Source: an uncultured Pseudomonadales bacterium
GTDB taxonomy: Bacteria; Patescibacteriota; Microgenomatia; UBA1400; PJMF01
Direction of reading: 5' to 3'
Length of the DNA stretch: 64,000 nucleotides
Assembly: GCA_964570365.1 (NCBI GenBank)
Contig: CAZMXT010000001.1
Location: 73,440-137,439 of the forward strand
Positions 30,725 through 40,829 of this stretch are shown here, piece after piece. The translations under genes and the position numbers were made by a program. Position 1 is the first letter of the stretch, and each line of letters opens with the position of its first letter. Under the pieces are notes generated by a model. That model saw nothing but the letters and a program-made list of their open reading frames with translations. It ran no database searches and was not told the origin of the DNA.

Positions 30725-31666
30725 TTACCTTTTTAATCGGCGTCGGAGTTGCCACCAGAGCTTCATCAAGCCATTTGTGTGCTGGACTTGCCAATCAGCA
30801 ATCCAGTAGTTAAGGTCTCTTTGAGAACTTCGCAACCCGGCAATAATATCTCTAGGGACATTCTGTGGATCAGTTGTCTTGAAACCATGTTGCTGCCAGC
30901 TCTTGAGTACCACGCTTAACTGATAAAAAGATTGTAGGTAGCTCAGACTCAAACCATGCATACCCTCTTCAATTCCTTTTTCCGCAAAGCATCTGCGAAA
31001 AAACTCATCCCAGAATGTCTTAATTGTTTTGGCAGGCGAGGTAGAAAATGAAGCTACACTCCCACTAGTAAGCTCGATGGTGCTATAGCGATTTAACCGT
31101 TCGATATACTGCTCGATTGTTTGATAGTGGTGGTGCCGAATTGCCCACTCTTCTTTGGCAGCGAGCTCCTCACAACGTCCGGAGACTTGAGGGGCTGCGT
31201 GAATTGTGTCTTCCCACTGTACGGCACCTCGTCGAAACAAGCGCAGTTGATAGTCTGGCCACCAGCCAGTTTTTTCAATCCAACGATCAAAAATAATGTT
31301 TTTCCGAGGTAAAAAGTATGCGAATGTTTCAGAGTTTTTGTCCTCAACTATAGCGAGAATTTTCTGAGCAAGTTGAGGTGGCACTTCTTCATCAGCATCA
31401 ATCACCAACACCCATTCACCTTTTGCCTTACTAACTGCAAAGTTCCGGGCTGGCTCTACATACTGAACATCTTTATGGGGAAATATATCAGCTGAAAAAT
31501 CTTTAGCTATCTCCAAGGTGTTGTCAGTACTCTCCATATCAACGACAACAATCTGATCTACAAACATCAAAGAACTTAAACACCTTCTCAGCGTTTCCGC
31601 AGAGTTTTTTGTGTTTATAACAGCCGAAATTTTGACGGAATTTTTGTGTTCAATCACATGCCTCAC
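30725..31666 (-). CDS. GT2 glycosyltransferase (WaaE-like)
   Basis: VVDMESTD; VEPARN; IDADE; WWPDYQLRLF. Confidence 0.9.
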   Translation of the reverse strand: MRHVIEHKNSVKISAVINTKNSAETLRRCLSSLMFVDQIVVVDMESTDNTLEIAKDFSADIFPHKDVQYVEPARNFAVSKAKGEWVLVIDADEEVPPQLAQKILAIVEDKNSETFAYFLPRKNIIFDRWIEKTGWWPDYQLRLFRRGAVQWEDTIHAAPQVSGRCEELAAKEEWAIRHHHYQTIEQYIERLNRYSTIELTSGSVASFSTSPAKTIKTFWDEFFRRCFAEKGIEEGMHGLSLSYLQSFYQLSVVLKSWQQHGFKTTDPQNVPRDIIAGLRSSQRDLNYWIADWQVQHTNGLMKLWWQLRRRLKR

Positions 31667-32271
31667 TTATTAATTTTTATGACTGTCTCATTTAACCACA
31701 TTTTATCTTTTAAGAACTCCACTTCATGTTTGCGGTAATCAAAGAGCCCATTTGCCCGACGAAGGTCATCAGAACTACGTAAAAAAAATAGCTGGATATT
31801 TCCAGCACCATCTTGGAAAACTGCAGTACCCTCATTTTGGAAGCGAGTTGTTTGGTTTGGAAGCTTTCTTTCCACCAGTAACTCTGAGAGGGAGGGTCGG
31901 CCACGCACAATGATCTCCTGACTACTTAATAACGGCGAGTGAAATTCTAGCAAGACTGTCTCTTGAGCTTCAGGATTGGGAATCGGGTTCTTCATCTCTA
32001 GTGTGCCAGTTAAAGTAACCAGCTCGCGGTTAAAGGTAAAGTTGCCAGGAGAATAATGTTCTCGGAACTTCCAGTACTTTTGCGGATCTAGAGTTTGGGT
32101 TTCTTCCAGTTGCTTTAGAAAAGTCTCTAGAGTCATTGCCCTGCGCGCTGCAAAAAGTTGGTGCGAGAAGCTGGGTACTAGGAGCAAGGCCAGCAACAAC
32201 ATACTTAGACCCACGAAAGCAGTAAAAAATACTGAGACGGATTTTTTAGCTCTAGGATACAATGAGGACAT
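31663..32271 (-). CDS. Hypothetical membrane-anchored protein
   Basis: 202-aa ORF with an N-terminal TM, abutting the downstream GT2; start uncertain. Confidence 0.65.
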   Translation of the reverse strand: MSSLYPRAKKSVSVFFTAFVGLSMLLLALLLVPSFSHQLFAARRAMTLETFLKQLEETQTLDPQKYWKFREHYSPGNFTFNRELVTLTGTLEMKNPIPNPEAQETVLLEFHSPLLSSQEIIVRGRPSLSELLVERKLPNQTTRFQNEGTAVFQDGAGNIQLFFLRSSDDLRRANGLFDYRKHEVEFLKDKMWLNETVIKINK

Positions 32272-33994
32272 GCGATTTTTAGCTCAGCAACTTTGGCGTA
32301 GCAAAGATATTTTATACTGTCTACTCCTTTTCATTGTAGCACTGGTTTTCTCCCTAGACCTCTTCTTACATCAGGGGCGGCCAGCTACTTTTGATGGACC
32401 AACTCACCTAACAACGATGGCTCAATTCTTCTTAGGGATGAAAGATGGGCAGTTCCCAGTCAGCTGGGCAGATGGCTTTGCAAACTATGGCATGCCTATT
32501 CCTTTGATTGCTCAGCAACTGACTTCTTACTTAGGTGGTGCATTCATTTTTTTTACTCGGGATGTGGTTTTGGCCTATAACCTGGTAGTATTGCTCGGAG
32601 CAGTCCTTTCTACTTGCTTTTTTTACGCTTTTCTACGCTTATTTTTTAAACAAGAAAGCTCCTTAGCGGGGAGTATTCTGTTCAGTTTAGCGCCCTATCG
32701 AATCATCAACATTTATACTCGTGGAGCCATCCCTGAATTTTTTGTGGCGGTTTTTATTCCCTTAATTGCGATTGGTATGGTCACTTTTTTTCGTGATAAA
32801 AAGAACTGGGGTTTACCCGTTTTTCTAATAGGACTGTGTGGACTAATTTTGAGTCACCCCATGATGCTCGTACCTGCCAGTTTTATCTTAGCTCCGGTCG
32901 CTCTGGTAGCCAGCTGGTCTTGCTGGAAAAACTGGCGTCAAGTACTTGTGATTGGCTTTTTGACTGGAGCCGCTTTTGCGCTTACTGCCTACTACTTGGT
33001 TCCGCTATTTGGAGAAATTAAGTATTTATATTATGGACAAGGAACCAAGCACTTTATTTCCAACAACTTCCTGACCTGGAAGAACTACTTCCAACCTGCA
33101 TGGCCGTACTACACTGCTACAGATATTGGACCACGCGGCCAGTACTTTCATCTTGGAACAGTGGAAATGGTGGCACTACTTGCCGGTGCTGTGGTCACCG
33201 TTATCCGCTTTATAAGAAAACCGCACCGAAACCTGACGGTGTTAGATGGCGCATTAATCGTCACCGGAGTTATTATTTTCTTCACTCTCTCTGTGTCTGA
33301 ACCGTTATACAGAGCTCTTTTACCATTAAATAATATTCAACATCCCTGGCGCATGTTAACTGCGCTGATTTTTTTGCCACCATTTATTTTGGCCTATCTT
33401 CTGGATCAAATGAAAGCTCTGCAAAAATACCAATACTGGTTGGCCGGCGCAGCCGTCCTCCTAATTTGTGGTCTTCGCTTCCCTCAGCTCTACGGCAAGA
33501 ATTATATCTGGTATCCAGATTCTTTTTACTACTTCACCCCGATTAACTTGCATGGCGAGGTCTTAAATACGATCTGGACCGGGAGCAGCAGAGACTACTC
33601 GATCCAGTCCCAAAAGGCTCAGATTATTGGCGGCAACGGGCAGATCGCACAGATGAACGTACTGACCGGCCAACGTCAGTATCAAGTTTCCGCCACGACT
33701 CCGATCCGAATGGTGGACTACACCTTCTACTTCCCTGGTTGGAAGGCATATGTAGATGGACAAGAAGTACCCATAGAGTTCCAAGATATGAATTACCGGG
33801 GCGTAATTACGTATCAAGTTCCAGAAGGAAACCATCAGGTAATGTTGCGTTTTGAAGATACGAAGATGAGACTCTTGGGTAAAGTGGTGACCGTATCTAC
33901 GGTGATCAGCCTAGTTATGATCTACTTTTGTCTTAGACTGCGTAACTCAGCAAAGAGTTTTTCCCGACCGAGCAAGAAGAAAACAGCTAAGTAA
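32270..33994 (+). CDS. GT-C membrane protein ('PTPS-related'/YfhO-like family)
   Basis: TFDGPTH..GQFPVSW..YGMP; APYR..RGAIPE; QHPWR; YFPGWKAYVDG. Confidence 0.8.
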   Translation: MRFLAQQLWRSKDILYCLLLFIVALVFSLDLFLHQGRPATFDGPTHLTTMAQFFLGMKDGQFPVSWADGFANYGMPIPLIAQQLTSYLGGAFIFFTRDVVLAYNLVVLLGAVLSTCFFYAFLRLFFKQESSLAGSILFSLAPYRIINIYTRGAIPEFFVAVFIPLIAIGMVTFFRDKKNWGLPVFLIGLCGLILSHPMMLVPASFILAPVALVASWSCWKNWRQVLVIGFLTGAAFALTAYYLVPLFGEIKYLYYGQGTKHFISNNFLTWKNYFQPAWPYYTATDIGPRGQYFHLGTVEMVALLAGAVVTVIRFIRKPHRNLTVLDGALIVTGVIIFFTLSVSEPLYRALLPLNNIQHPWRMLTALIFLPPFILAYLLDQMKALQKYQYWLAGAAVLLICGLRFPQLYGKNYIWYPDSFYYFTPINLHGEVLNTIWTGSSRDYSIQSQKAQIIGGNGQIAQMNVLTGQRQYQVSATTPIRMVDYTFYFPGWKAYVDGQEVPIEFQDMNYRGVITYQVPEGNHQVMLRFEDTKMRLLGKVVTVSTVISLVMIYFCLRLRNSAKSFSRPSKKKTAK

Positions 33995-35406
33995 ACCAGC
34001 ACCGTTAAGATCATTCCAGAGACCATATTTGGAAAACTTCTGGACCACACCCCACTTAAACTCACCCCAACTAAGGCCATTGCCCCTGCAGCTACTAACT
34101 GTCGCCAGGTATTTTCCCAGACCTGAACTGGCAGTATCTTACGCACATACCAAATTGGTAACACGGAACTAAACGAGATAATAAATGCCGCAATTGCCAC
34201 TCCTTGAAAGCCAAACCACCAAATCATTAAAGGCGTTAAAATCCAGGTTAAAGAGGTCCACATAATCATTAACTTTAATGTCACATCAATCTTACCAATT
34301 GCACTCAGCGTATTGGTCAGGGGAGTAGAAATTGCTCCCCAGCCAATGCTTAAGGTAAACAGAATAAAGGTCAATAATGCTGGCTGCCACTTTTGATACT
34401 TCGCCACCAGTGATATGAAGGGTCCAATAAAAACACACATCCCAATGAGTAGTGGGAAAATGGAGAGTGAGATAAAAAATAAGGTTTTTTCGATTGCCTT
34501 GCGCAGCAGATTACGATCGTGTTGCAATCTTGAGTATGTGGGGAAGGTAATTGCAATCACGTTCTGGACCGTCAACTGGTAGGGAACTTGAGACCATTGC
34601 TTGGCAAAGTTAATGTAGCCAAATTCCTGTAAAGGCAAAAATAAGCCCAGGAAAAGATAAAAAAGCTGATCCTTAATCCTTGCTAGAAAATCATTGAGCT
34701 GGAACTTGGTACCCGTCCCCAGCATAGTCCGCAAAGCCACCCGATTGAGTGCAAAGCCAATTGGCCACCGTTGAATTAGATACATGACCAGTACTCCGAG
34801 TATAGAGCGCAGCAAAATCGCATACATATAGGACTGGACCCCGAAGCCATTTACGGCTAAATAAACCAAGATGCCATAGTACGTTAGCTGCTCAACTACC
34901 TGGGGAAAAACCATTTTAGAGAAATCTAACCTGCGTTCGAGAATTACTGAAGGAATAGTTTTTAAACTGGCTAAAGGGAAAGAGATACCCAAGGCGAGTA
35001 AAACGAATACGCCATTGGCGCCAATCTTTGGGGTTAAAACCCCACTCATCGCTAAACCTACCGTAATCAAGAAGATGAACCAAGATAAGATCTGCTGAAC
35101 CGTAAAAACGGTACGGTACTCGGTGACCGTCGGCGAGTCTTTTTTCTGAATCAGCGCAGACGCTAAACCAATATCAGAAAAAAACGTCAGTAAACCAATA
35201 ATGCTGGTCACCACTCCGTAAATGCCAAACTCTTGAACTGTTAGGTATGCTCCCAAGACAAAAGATGCACCTAAACCAATAAGGTGTAGCAGCAGTGTAC
35301 GAGCCATGTACGAGGCAGCCCCAGAAACGGATTTGCGCTTAATCTCTTGGACTTCTTCTGCGCCAATTCCTTCTAGCGAAGTTGTGACAGCAGCTGTTTC
35401 AGACAT
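33922..35406 (-). CDS. Wzx-type flippase (WzxC-like)
   Basis: FSDIGLASALIQKK; LERRLDF; FPTYSRLQ; 12-14 TMs. Start taken at ATG 35406. Confidence 0.85.
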   Translation of the reverse strand: MSETAAVTTSLEGIGAEEVQEIKRKSVSGAASYMARTLLLHLIGLGASFVLGAYLTVQEFGIYGVVTSIIGLLTFFSDIGLASALIQKKDSPTVTEYRTVFTVQQILSWFIFLITVGLAMSGVLTPKIGANGVFVLLALGISFPLASLKTIPSVILERRLDFSKMVFPQVVEQLTYYGILVYLAVNGFGVQSYMYAILLRSILGVLVMYLIQRWPIGFALNRVALRTMLGTGTKFQLNDFLARIKDQLFYLFLGLFLPLQEFGYINFAKQWSQVPYQLTVQNVIAITFPTYSRLQHDRNLLRKAIEKTLFFISLSIFPLLIGMCVFIGPFISLVAKYQKWQPALLTFILFTLSIGWGAISTPLTNTLSAIGKIDVTLKLMIMWTSLTWILTPLMIWWFGFQGVAIAAFIISFSSVLPIWYVRKILPVQVWENTWRQLVAAGAMALVGVSLSGVWSRSFPNMVSGMILTVLVYLAVFFLLGREKLFAELRSLRQK

Positions 35407-37096
35407 TATTTTGTTTACTTTCTGTGTGGTGGAAGATAACATACCCGAGTAAGATAACTCCGCTAATCGCAGAAATCGTATCGGCTAAACTTCTAATTGG
35501 GGTACTGCCAAACTCAAAACCCAGTAAATGTTCACCCGCTGGCACGTCTGCGGCGATCGTACCGTGTTGACCCAGTCTTTTCACTAATGGCGTTTTGCCA
35601 TCCAGTTCTACCTGCCAACCTGGAAAGTCAGCCACCATCAGATCAAATGTCGCCGGACTCGTAAATGTAGTTCTAAATAACTTCTGATGTCCCCGATCGA
35701 CCAGCACCTCCACCTTTGACTCTGTACCTCCTGGAACTAAGTACTTTTCAGTTGGAGGTGTTAATTCTGAAGCCATCTGGATAGGAATATAATCTGGCAG
35801 AATACTGCTCATCTCGCTTCTAATCCGTTCTGGAGAACTGTAGTAAAAGCTATCCGTATTTTCTAAGTAGCTTTCGGGGCGAAAAAAGAACGTATTTCCA
35901 ATCAGCAACACTCCGCCAAGTAGCAGCACATATAAGTACCGGACCATTTTGTGTGTAATTAAAGTTACGCTTGCTCCAGCCAGTAGGGCGATAAAAACGG
36001 CGGCCACTGACAAATACCGCCAAGGGAACTGAACAAAGTGGAGCAAAGGAATGTGATCCCAGATTGGTTGGGACTTCAGCAACGTCATAAATAAACTCAG
36101 TCCCAGAAGAGCTAAAAGTACTGCATAGAATCCATTTCGGGAACGTAAGAATTGCTTGGGGGATAGAGTTTTTGCTCTGCGCAGCAACAACACTGCTAGA
36201 ACTATCAGAGCAATTATTTGGCCTGCACCCAAGAAAAAAGAAATATCATCTTGAGGCCCCCAGCTCGAACCGCCGTACTTCCAGTTGGCAGAAAAGAACT
36301 GACGAATATAGAGGAAGTGTTGCGAGTAATGGAAGTAGCCAGTCAGGATTTTATCAATTTGGGTAAATGACTTTTCGGCAAAAGAAGGAAGCAAGTAAAA
36401 GGCAGCACTACCAAGTGCTAGAAGGTAGGCACCTCCTACTTGAGCGATTGCTCTACCAATACTTAGCTGTTTATTTCTCTCCCAGAACCAAATCGCAACG
36501 GCAAAAGCCAAACTAAAAGGTAAAAAGATCAAAGTAGACACATTGTGGCTTAAAAACAGCGTAATCAAGCTGAGCGTTAAAGTAATGAACCCAGTCTTTT
36601 CTTTGCGATAAATCTGCAAAATTCCGAGCAAAATCCACGGCATGGCCATAATGGCCCATGACTCGCTCAAAGCTCCTCGGACAAACAGATTCACTGCCCG
36701 GTACGGAGCCAACGTAAGGCAAAAAGCGGTGAAAATGCCACCTGACCGACCAAACATTCTCGCACCTAATTTATAAGCTCCCAAGGCAGTACCCACAGCT
36801 GTCATCAAGTAAAGTAGCTTAATTGAAGCAACTAAATCAAAACCTAGCCAGTGCCAAAAGGCACCCACATAGTAAGGAAGTGGCGCATAAAACTCATATA
36901 AAGGCATTCCATATCCATACCCGAAGTTGGCTGACCAGCGCACTGGGAACTGACCTTCTTGAAGAGCCAAAAGCATCTCCCCAATTCTGGCTCCATGAAC
37001 ATAGTCATGAACTCGAAAAAAACTAGGATGCAGCAACGACCAGGAACTAGCCAAGACAGCGAGCAGGAGAGAAAAACCAACCAATACTTTTTTCAT
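35399..37096 (-). CDS. GT-C membrane protein ('PTPS-related'/YfhO-like family)
   Basis: VHDYVHGAR..GQFPVRWS..GYGYGMP; APYR..RGALSE; VQFPWR; FPGW. Confidence 0.8.
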   Translation of the reverse strand: MKKVLVGFSLLLAVLASSWSLLHPSFFRVHDYVHGARIGEMLLALQEGQFPVRWSANFGYGYGMPLYEFYAPLPYYVGAFWHWLGFDLVASIKLLYLMTAVGTALGAYKLGARMFGRSGGIFTAFCLTLAPYRAVNLFVRGALSESWAIMAMPWILLGILQIYRKEKTGFITLTLSLITLFLSHNVSTLIFLPFSLAFAVAIWFWERNKQLSIGRAIAQVGGAYLLALGSAAFYLLPSFAEKSFTQIDKILTGYFHYSQHFLYIRQFFSANWKYGGSSWGPQDDISFFLGAGQIIALIVLAVLLLRRAKTLSPKQFLRSRNGFYAVLLALLGLSLFMTLLKSQPIWDHIPLLHFVQFPWRYLSVAAVFIALLAGASVTLITHKMVRYLYVLLLGGVLLIGNTFFFRPESYLENTDSFYYSSPERIRSEMSSILPDYIPIQMASELTPPTEKYLVPGGTESKVEVLVDRGHQKLFRTTFTSPATFDLMVADFPGWQVELDGKTPLVKRLGQHGTIAADVPAGEHLLGFEFGSTPIRSLADTISAISGVILLGYVIFHHTESKQNNV

Positions 37097-37119
37097 TGCT
37101 TCAGTTATTCTAATACAGT

Positions 37120-38190
37120 ATGCCGCAAAGGTCTGAACTTCTCAAAGTGATTCTTCAAACTGTTGCAGTGACTTTGCTTTTGGTCATTCTACTCTTTGGC
37201 GCCACTGCTGGGGTACTAGGATTCTATGCGTACAGACAAGCAAAGCTTTTTAGCGACAGCGCAGGCGTGTCTATTCCAGAGCTGATTGAAGTTGCTCGAG
37301 CTGGCTGGAGAGTCCAACCGCGTCAAAATAATCAACGAGTCAATTTTTTAATCTTAGGCACTGATGAACTTGCTTCCCGCGGAACTGTACCAGTCCTAAC
37401 AGACACCATGATGGTGGCATCTTTGAACCTGAATAATGGTCAACTAAATATGCTCTCTGTACCTCGAGATCTTTGGTCTGCTGAGTACCAAACTCGAATT
37501 AACGCCTTATATACTTATGGAAAAGACCGCTACCCTGACGAACCCGCGCGATTTCCTCGTGAAGTCATTGAAGAGCTCTTCGAGCTCCAAACTAATTACA
37601 CAGTCATTTTAAAGTTAGAGACTGTTGGAGAATTGATTGATGCTATCGGCGGAGTAGAAGTTGAAGTACAAGAAACATTTGTCGACCCGCTCTTTCCTCG
37701 CCCAGAAGTTGACGTGACAGTTGAACGAGATCCTCAAAAGCTCTATCAAACCGTCATTTTTACGGAAGGAACAGAAAAGATGACTGGCGAACGAGCCCTA
37801 CAGTACATCAGGAGCCGTCACTCCACAGGGAATCAGGGGGATGACGTAGCTCGCTCTGTCCGCCAACAAGCGGTCATCACCAGTTTGATCGCAACCCTGC
37901 GGCAACCTTCATTTTATAAAGATTTTTCTCGAGCCGGAAAGCTGTACTCTTTTTATCAAAAAGAATTTGCACAGTTTATTCCTATTACCGAGGTAATTGG
38001 CATGGTAAAACAGTTATATCCAGTGAAAAATCAAGTCAGCCTACAAAGCCACTCATTAAGTATATTTCCTGACGAACCAACTGGGTCAATTACTCACCCT
38101 CCAGTTAATAGGTATCAAGGCCAATGGGTATATGAAGTTCGAGATAAAGCAGCGCTGGAGCAAGAGGTCCATCAAAAATTACAACTATGA
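37120..38190 (+). CDS. LCP (LytR-CpsA-Psr) glycopolymer ligase
   Basis: N-terminal TM; NFLILGTD; TDTMM; SVPRD; RIN; YIRSRH; D..RS.RQQ. Confidence 0.92.
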   Translation: MPQRSELLKVILQTVAVTLLLVILLFGATAGVLGFYAYRQAKLFSDSAGVSIPELIEVARAGWRVQPRQNNQRVNFLILGTDELASRGTVPVLTDTMMVASLNLNNGQLNMLSVPRDLWSAEYQTRINALYTYGKDRYPDEPARFPREVIEELFELQTNYTVILKLETVGELIDAIGGVEVEVQETFVDPLFPRPEVDVTVERDPQKLYQTVIFTEGTEKMTGERALQYIRSRHSTGNQGDDVARSVRQQAVITSLIATLRQPSFYKDFSRAGKLYSFYQKEFAQFIPITEVIGMVKQLYPVKNQVSLQSHSLSIFPDEPTGSITHPPVNRYQGQWVYEVRDKAALEQEVHQKLQL

Positions 38191-38390
38191 CACTTCGCCA
38201 ATCTCACCAGCCACTCAGTCACAAGCTAGTCATGCGGATATCTGTTACAATCATCATCATTCTGACTCTTCTAGTTGGCTACTACGAATCAACTTTATAT
38301 ATTTGGCAGACCAATCACCGAAGCGCGCTAGAAAAATTTAACGTCAATACAACCAAAGAATTACTTAAGTTAGAGGTGGAGACCAAATGA
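38187..38390 (+). CDS. Small single-TM hypothetical protein
   Basis: ATGA-type overlaps with both LCP and rmlB; one hydrophobic helix. Confidence 0.55.
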   Translation: MTLRQSHQPLSHKLVMRISVTIIIILTLLVGYYESTLYIWQTNHRSALEKFNVNTTKELLKLEVETK

Positions 38391-39397
38391 AATTACTTGT
38401 GACAGGAGGCGCCGGCTTCATCGGTTCAAACTTTATTCACTATTGGCTCAGGAATCATCCCGATGATCAGGTAACGAACTTCGATAAGCTCACTTACGCG
38501 GGCAATCTTGAAAACTTAAGAGCAATTGAGAAAAACCCTGCCTACCACTTTATCCAGGGTGATATTACCTCTCCAGAACAAGTCGCTCAAGCTCTCAATA
38601 ATATTGATGTCGTGGTCCACTTTGCGGCCGAGACTCACGTAGACCGGTCAATTTTGGGACCTGGCATTTTTTTACAGACCAACGTGATTGGGACTCAAGT
38701 CCTGCTCGACGCTGTCCTAAAAGCAGGAATCCAGCGCTTTCATCACATCTCTACTGACGAAGTATTTGGTTCGCTAGAACTTGGTTCTCAAGAGAAATTC
38801 ACTGAACAGACCGCATATGATCCTCGCAGTCCTTATTCTGCCAGCAAAGCAGCCTCAGATCACTTAGTTCGTGCCTATGGAGAAACCTATGGCTTGCCCT
38901 ACACTATTACCAACTGCTCAAACAACTACGGCGAGTATCAATTCCCGGAGAAACTTTTTGGCTTAACTATCACCAACCTGATCGAGGGCAAGAAGGTTCT
39001 GGTGTATGGAGATGGTCTAAATGTGCGCGACTGGTTATATGTACAGGATCATTGCCGAGCCATTGAAGCCGTGCTGCTCAAAGGTCAGTTGCAAGAAACC
39101 TACACGGTCGGCGGCTTAAAAGATGATGTCAGTAACCTCGAAGTAGTCAAAATGATAATGAGAATTATGGGTCAGAACGAGCAAATGATTGAGTTCGTCA
39201 AGGACCGACCAGGTCATGATCGTCGCTATGCAGTAAATTGGGACAAGATCCATGATCAGCTCGGCTGGTCGCCTTCTGTAACTTTAGAAGAAGGTTTAGT
39301 CAAAACCATTGCTTGGTATCAAGAAAATGAAGCTTGGTGGAAACCCTTGAAAGAGAATACTCAAGCTTTTTTTGCGCAAAACTATAAAAAAGCCTAA
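38387..39397 (+). CDS. rmlB: dTDP-glucose 4,6-dehydratase
   Basis: TGGAGFIG; DKLTYAG; AAETHVDRS; STDEV; PYSASK; DRPGHDRRY. Confidence 0.97.
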   Translation: MKLLVTGGAGFIGSNFIHYWLRNHPDDQVTNFDKLTYAGNLENLRAIEKNPAYHFIQGDITSPEQVAQALNNIDVVVHFAAETHVDRSILGPGIFLQTNVIGTQVLLDAVLKAGIQRFHHISTDEVFGSLELGSQEKFTEQTAYDPRSPYSASKAASDHLVRAYGETYGLPYTITNCSNNYGEYQFPEKLFGLTITNLIEGKKVLVYGDGLNVRDWLYVQDHCRAIEAVLLKGQLQETYTVGGLKDDVSNLEVVKMIMRIMGQNEQMIEFVKDRPGHDRRYAVNWDKIHDQLGWSPSVTLEEGLVKTIAWYQENEAWWKPLKENTQAFFAQNYKKA

Positions 39398-39415
39398 AAA
39401 CTTCTAAGGAAAAAT

Positions 39416-39949
39416 ATGAAGATTGCAGATACCTACGAGCATCAATTAACCACTCAAGCCTATGGCCAGAAACCATTCATTGAAGGTGTTGAGATCATTG
39501 AGCTGTCTTTTCATAATGACGATGGAGGCAATTTTGTCGAGCTTTTCCGCCTAGAAGAGGGCCGCATCGCGGGTGTCAAAGAGCCTTTTACAGCTAAACA
39601 AATTAGTGCATCTGTTTTAACTCCTGGTACGATTAAGGCCTTTCATATCCACAAAAAACAAAATGATTTATGGTATGTCTCACCCTACGACCGCTTGCTC
39701 GTGAACTTGCGTGACTTGCGAGAAGACTCTCCTACCTTCAATGCGCATGTACGATTGGTTCTGGGAGGCGGTAAGAACTCAATGCTTCGGATCCCTCATG
39801 GCGTAGCTCACGGCGCCGCCAATGCGTACGAACGCAACATGACACTTTTGTATGCCACCAGCGAACAATTTAACCCTTCTGAGCCTGACGAACATCGCCT
39901 ACCCTGGGATGCATTTGGCGCAGAAATCTGGGCGCTGGTAAAAGGTTGA
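39416..39949 (+). CDS. rmlC: dTDP-4-dehydrorhamnose 3,5-epimerase family protein
   Basis: D.GG.F.E; KAFHIH..Q.D; DLREDSPT; IPHGVAHG; position between rmlB and rmlD. Confidence 0.85.
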   Translation: MKIADTYEHQLTTQAYGQKPFIEGVEIIELSFHNDDGGNFVELFRLEEGRIAGVKEPFTAKQISASVLTPGTIKAFHIHKKQNDLWYVSPYDRLLVNLRDLREDSPTFNAHVRLVLGGGKNSMLRIPHGVAHGAANAYERNMTLLYATSEQFNPSEPDEHRLPWDAFGAEIWALVKG

Positions 39950-39950
39950 G

Positions 39951-40829
39951 ATGAAAACTTCAATTATCGGAACCGGTCTTTCTGGTTTAGTCGGCTCTAA
40001 ATTAGTTACAGATTTTGAAGCCTCCTACGACTTCCAAAACCTAGATGTCACTCACCCCACTAAACCAGTAGATATTACCAATTTGGAACAACTTCGACAG
40101 GTATTTACTGCTTCTGAGGCACCAGTGGTGGTTCATTTCGCTGCCTTTACTGACGTTAATAAAGCTTGGGAAGATCGAGACAATAAAGAAGGCATCGTCT
40201 ATAAAGTGAACGTGACCGGCACTGAAAATATTGCCCGGGCAGCCAAAGAAACGAATAAGCATTTAATCCATATTTCCACTGCCTACGTCTTTGATGGCAA
40301 GAAATCTGAGTCATATACAGAAGAAGATCAGATGAGCCCGATTGAGTGGTATGGCCAAACGAAATCCTGGGCCGAAGAGAAAGTGATGAAAGTAGGTGGC
40401 AGCTGGACAATTCTGCGAATTGATCAGCCTTTCCGCAGTGACTCCTTTCCGAAAAAAGATATTGCCCACCGAATTATTGCTGGGCTGCAAGACAAGACGC
40501 TGTATCCGTTATTTACTGATCATTTTTTTGGCCCTACCTACATTAATGACTTTGCGAAAGTGATTGATTGGGTGATTCGGACCAAGACTGCTGGACTCTT
40601 TCATGCTTCTTCTGGCGAGCGCTGGACTGATTATGATTTTGCCAGCCTCATTTCCCAAACACTGAACTTACCTGGAGAGCTTCAAGTAGGCGACTTAGAT
40701 GAGTATCTGAGAACTTTGACCAGACCATATCAGCGAAATACCGCTTTAAATACGACTAAACTTTTTGCAAAACTGGACTTCCAGCCAAAAAGTATTAAAC
40801 GAGCAATCGCAGAAATAACCGATTTTTAA
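39951..40829 (+). CDS. rmlD: dTDP-4-dehydrorhamnose reductase
   Basis: GLSGLVG; AAFTDV; IST.YVFDG; YGQTK. Confidence 0.88.
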   Translation: MKTSIIGTGLSGLVGSKLVTDFEASYDFQNLDVTHPTKPVDITNLEQLRQVFTASEAPVVVHFAAFTDVNKAWEDRDNKEGIVYKVNVTGTENIARAAKETNKHLIHISTAYVFDGKKSESYTEEDQMSPIEWYGQTKSWAEEKVMKVGGSWTILRIDQPFRSDSFPKKDIAHRIIAGLQDKTLYPLFTDHFFGPTYINDFAKVIDWVIRTKTAGLFHASSGERWTDYDFASLISQTLNLPGELQVGDLDEYLRTLTRPYQRNTALNTTKLFAKLDFQPKSIKRAIAEITDF

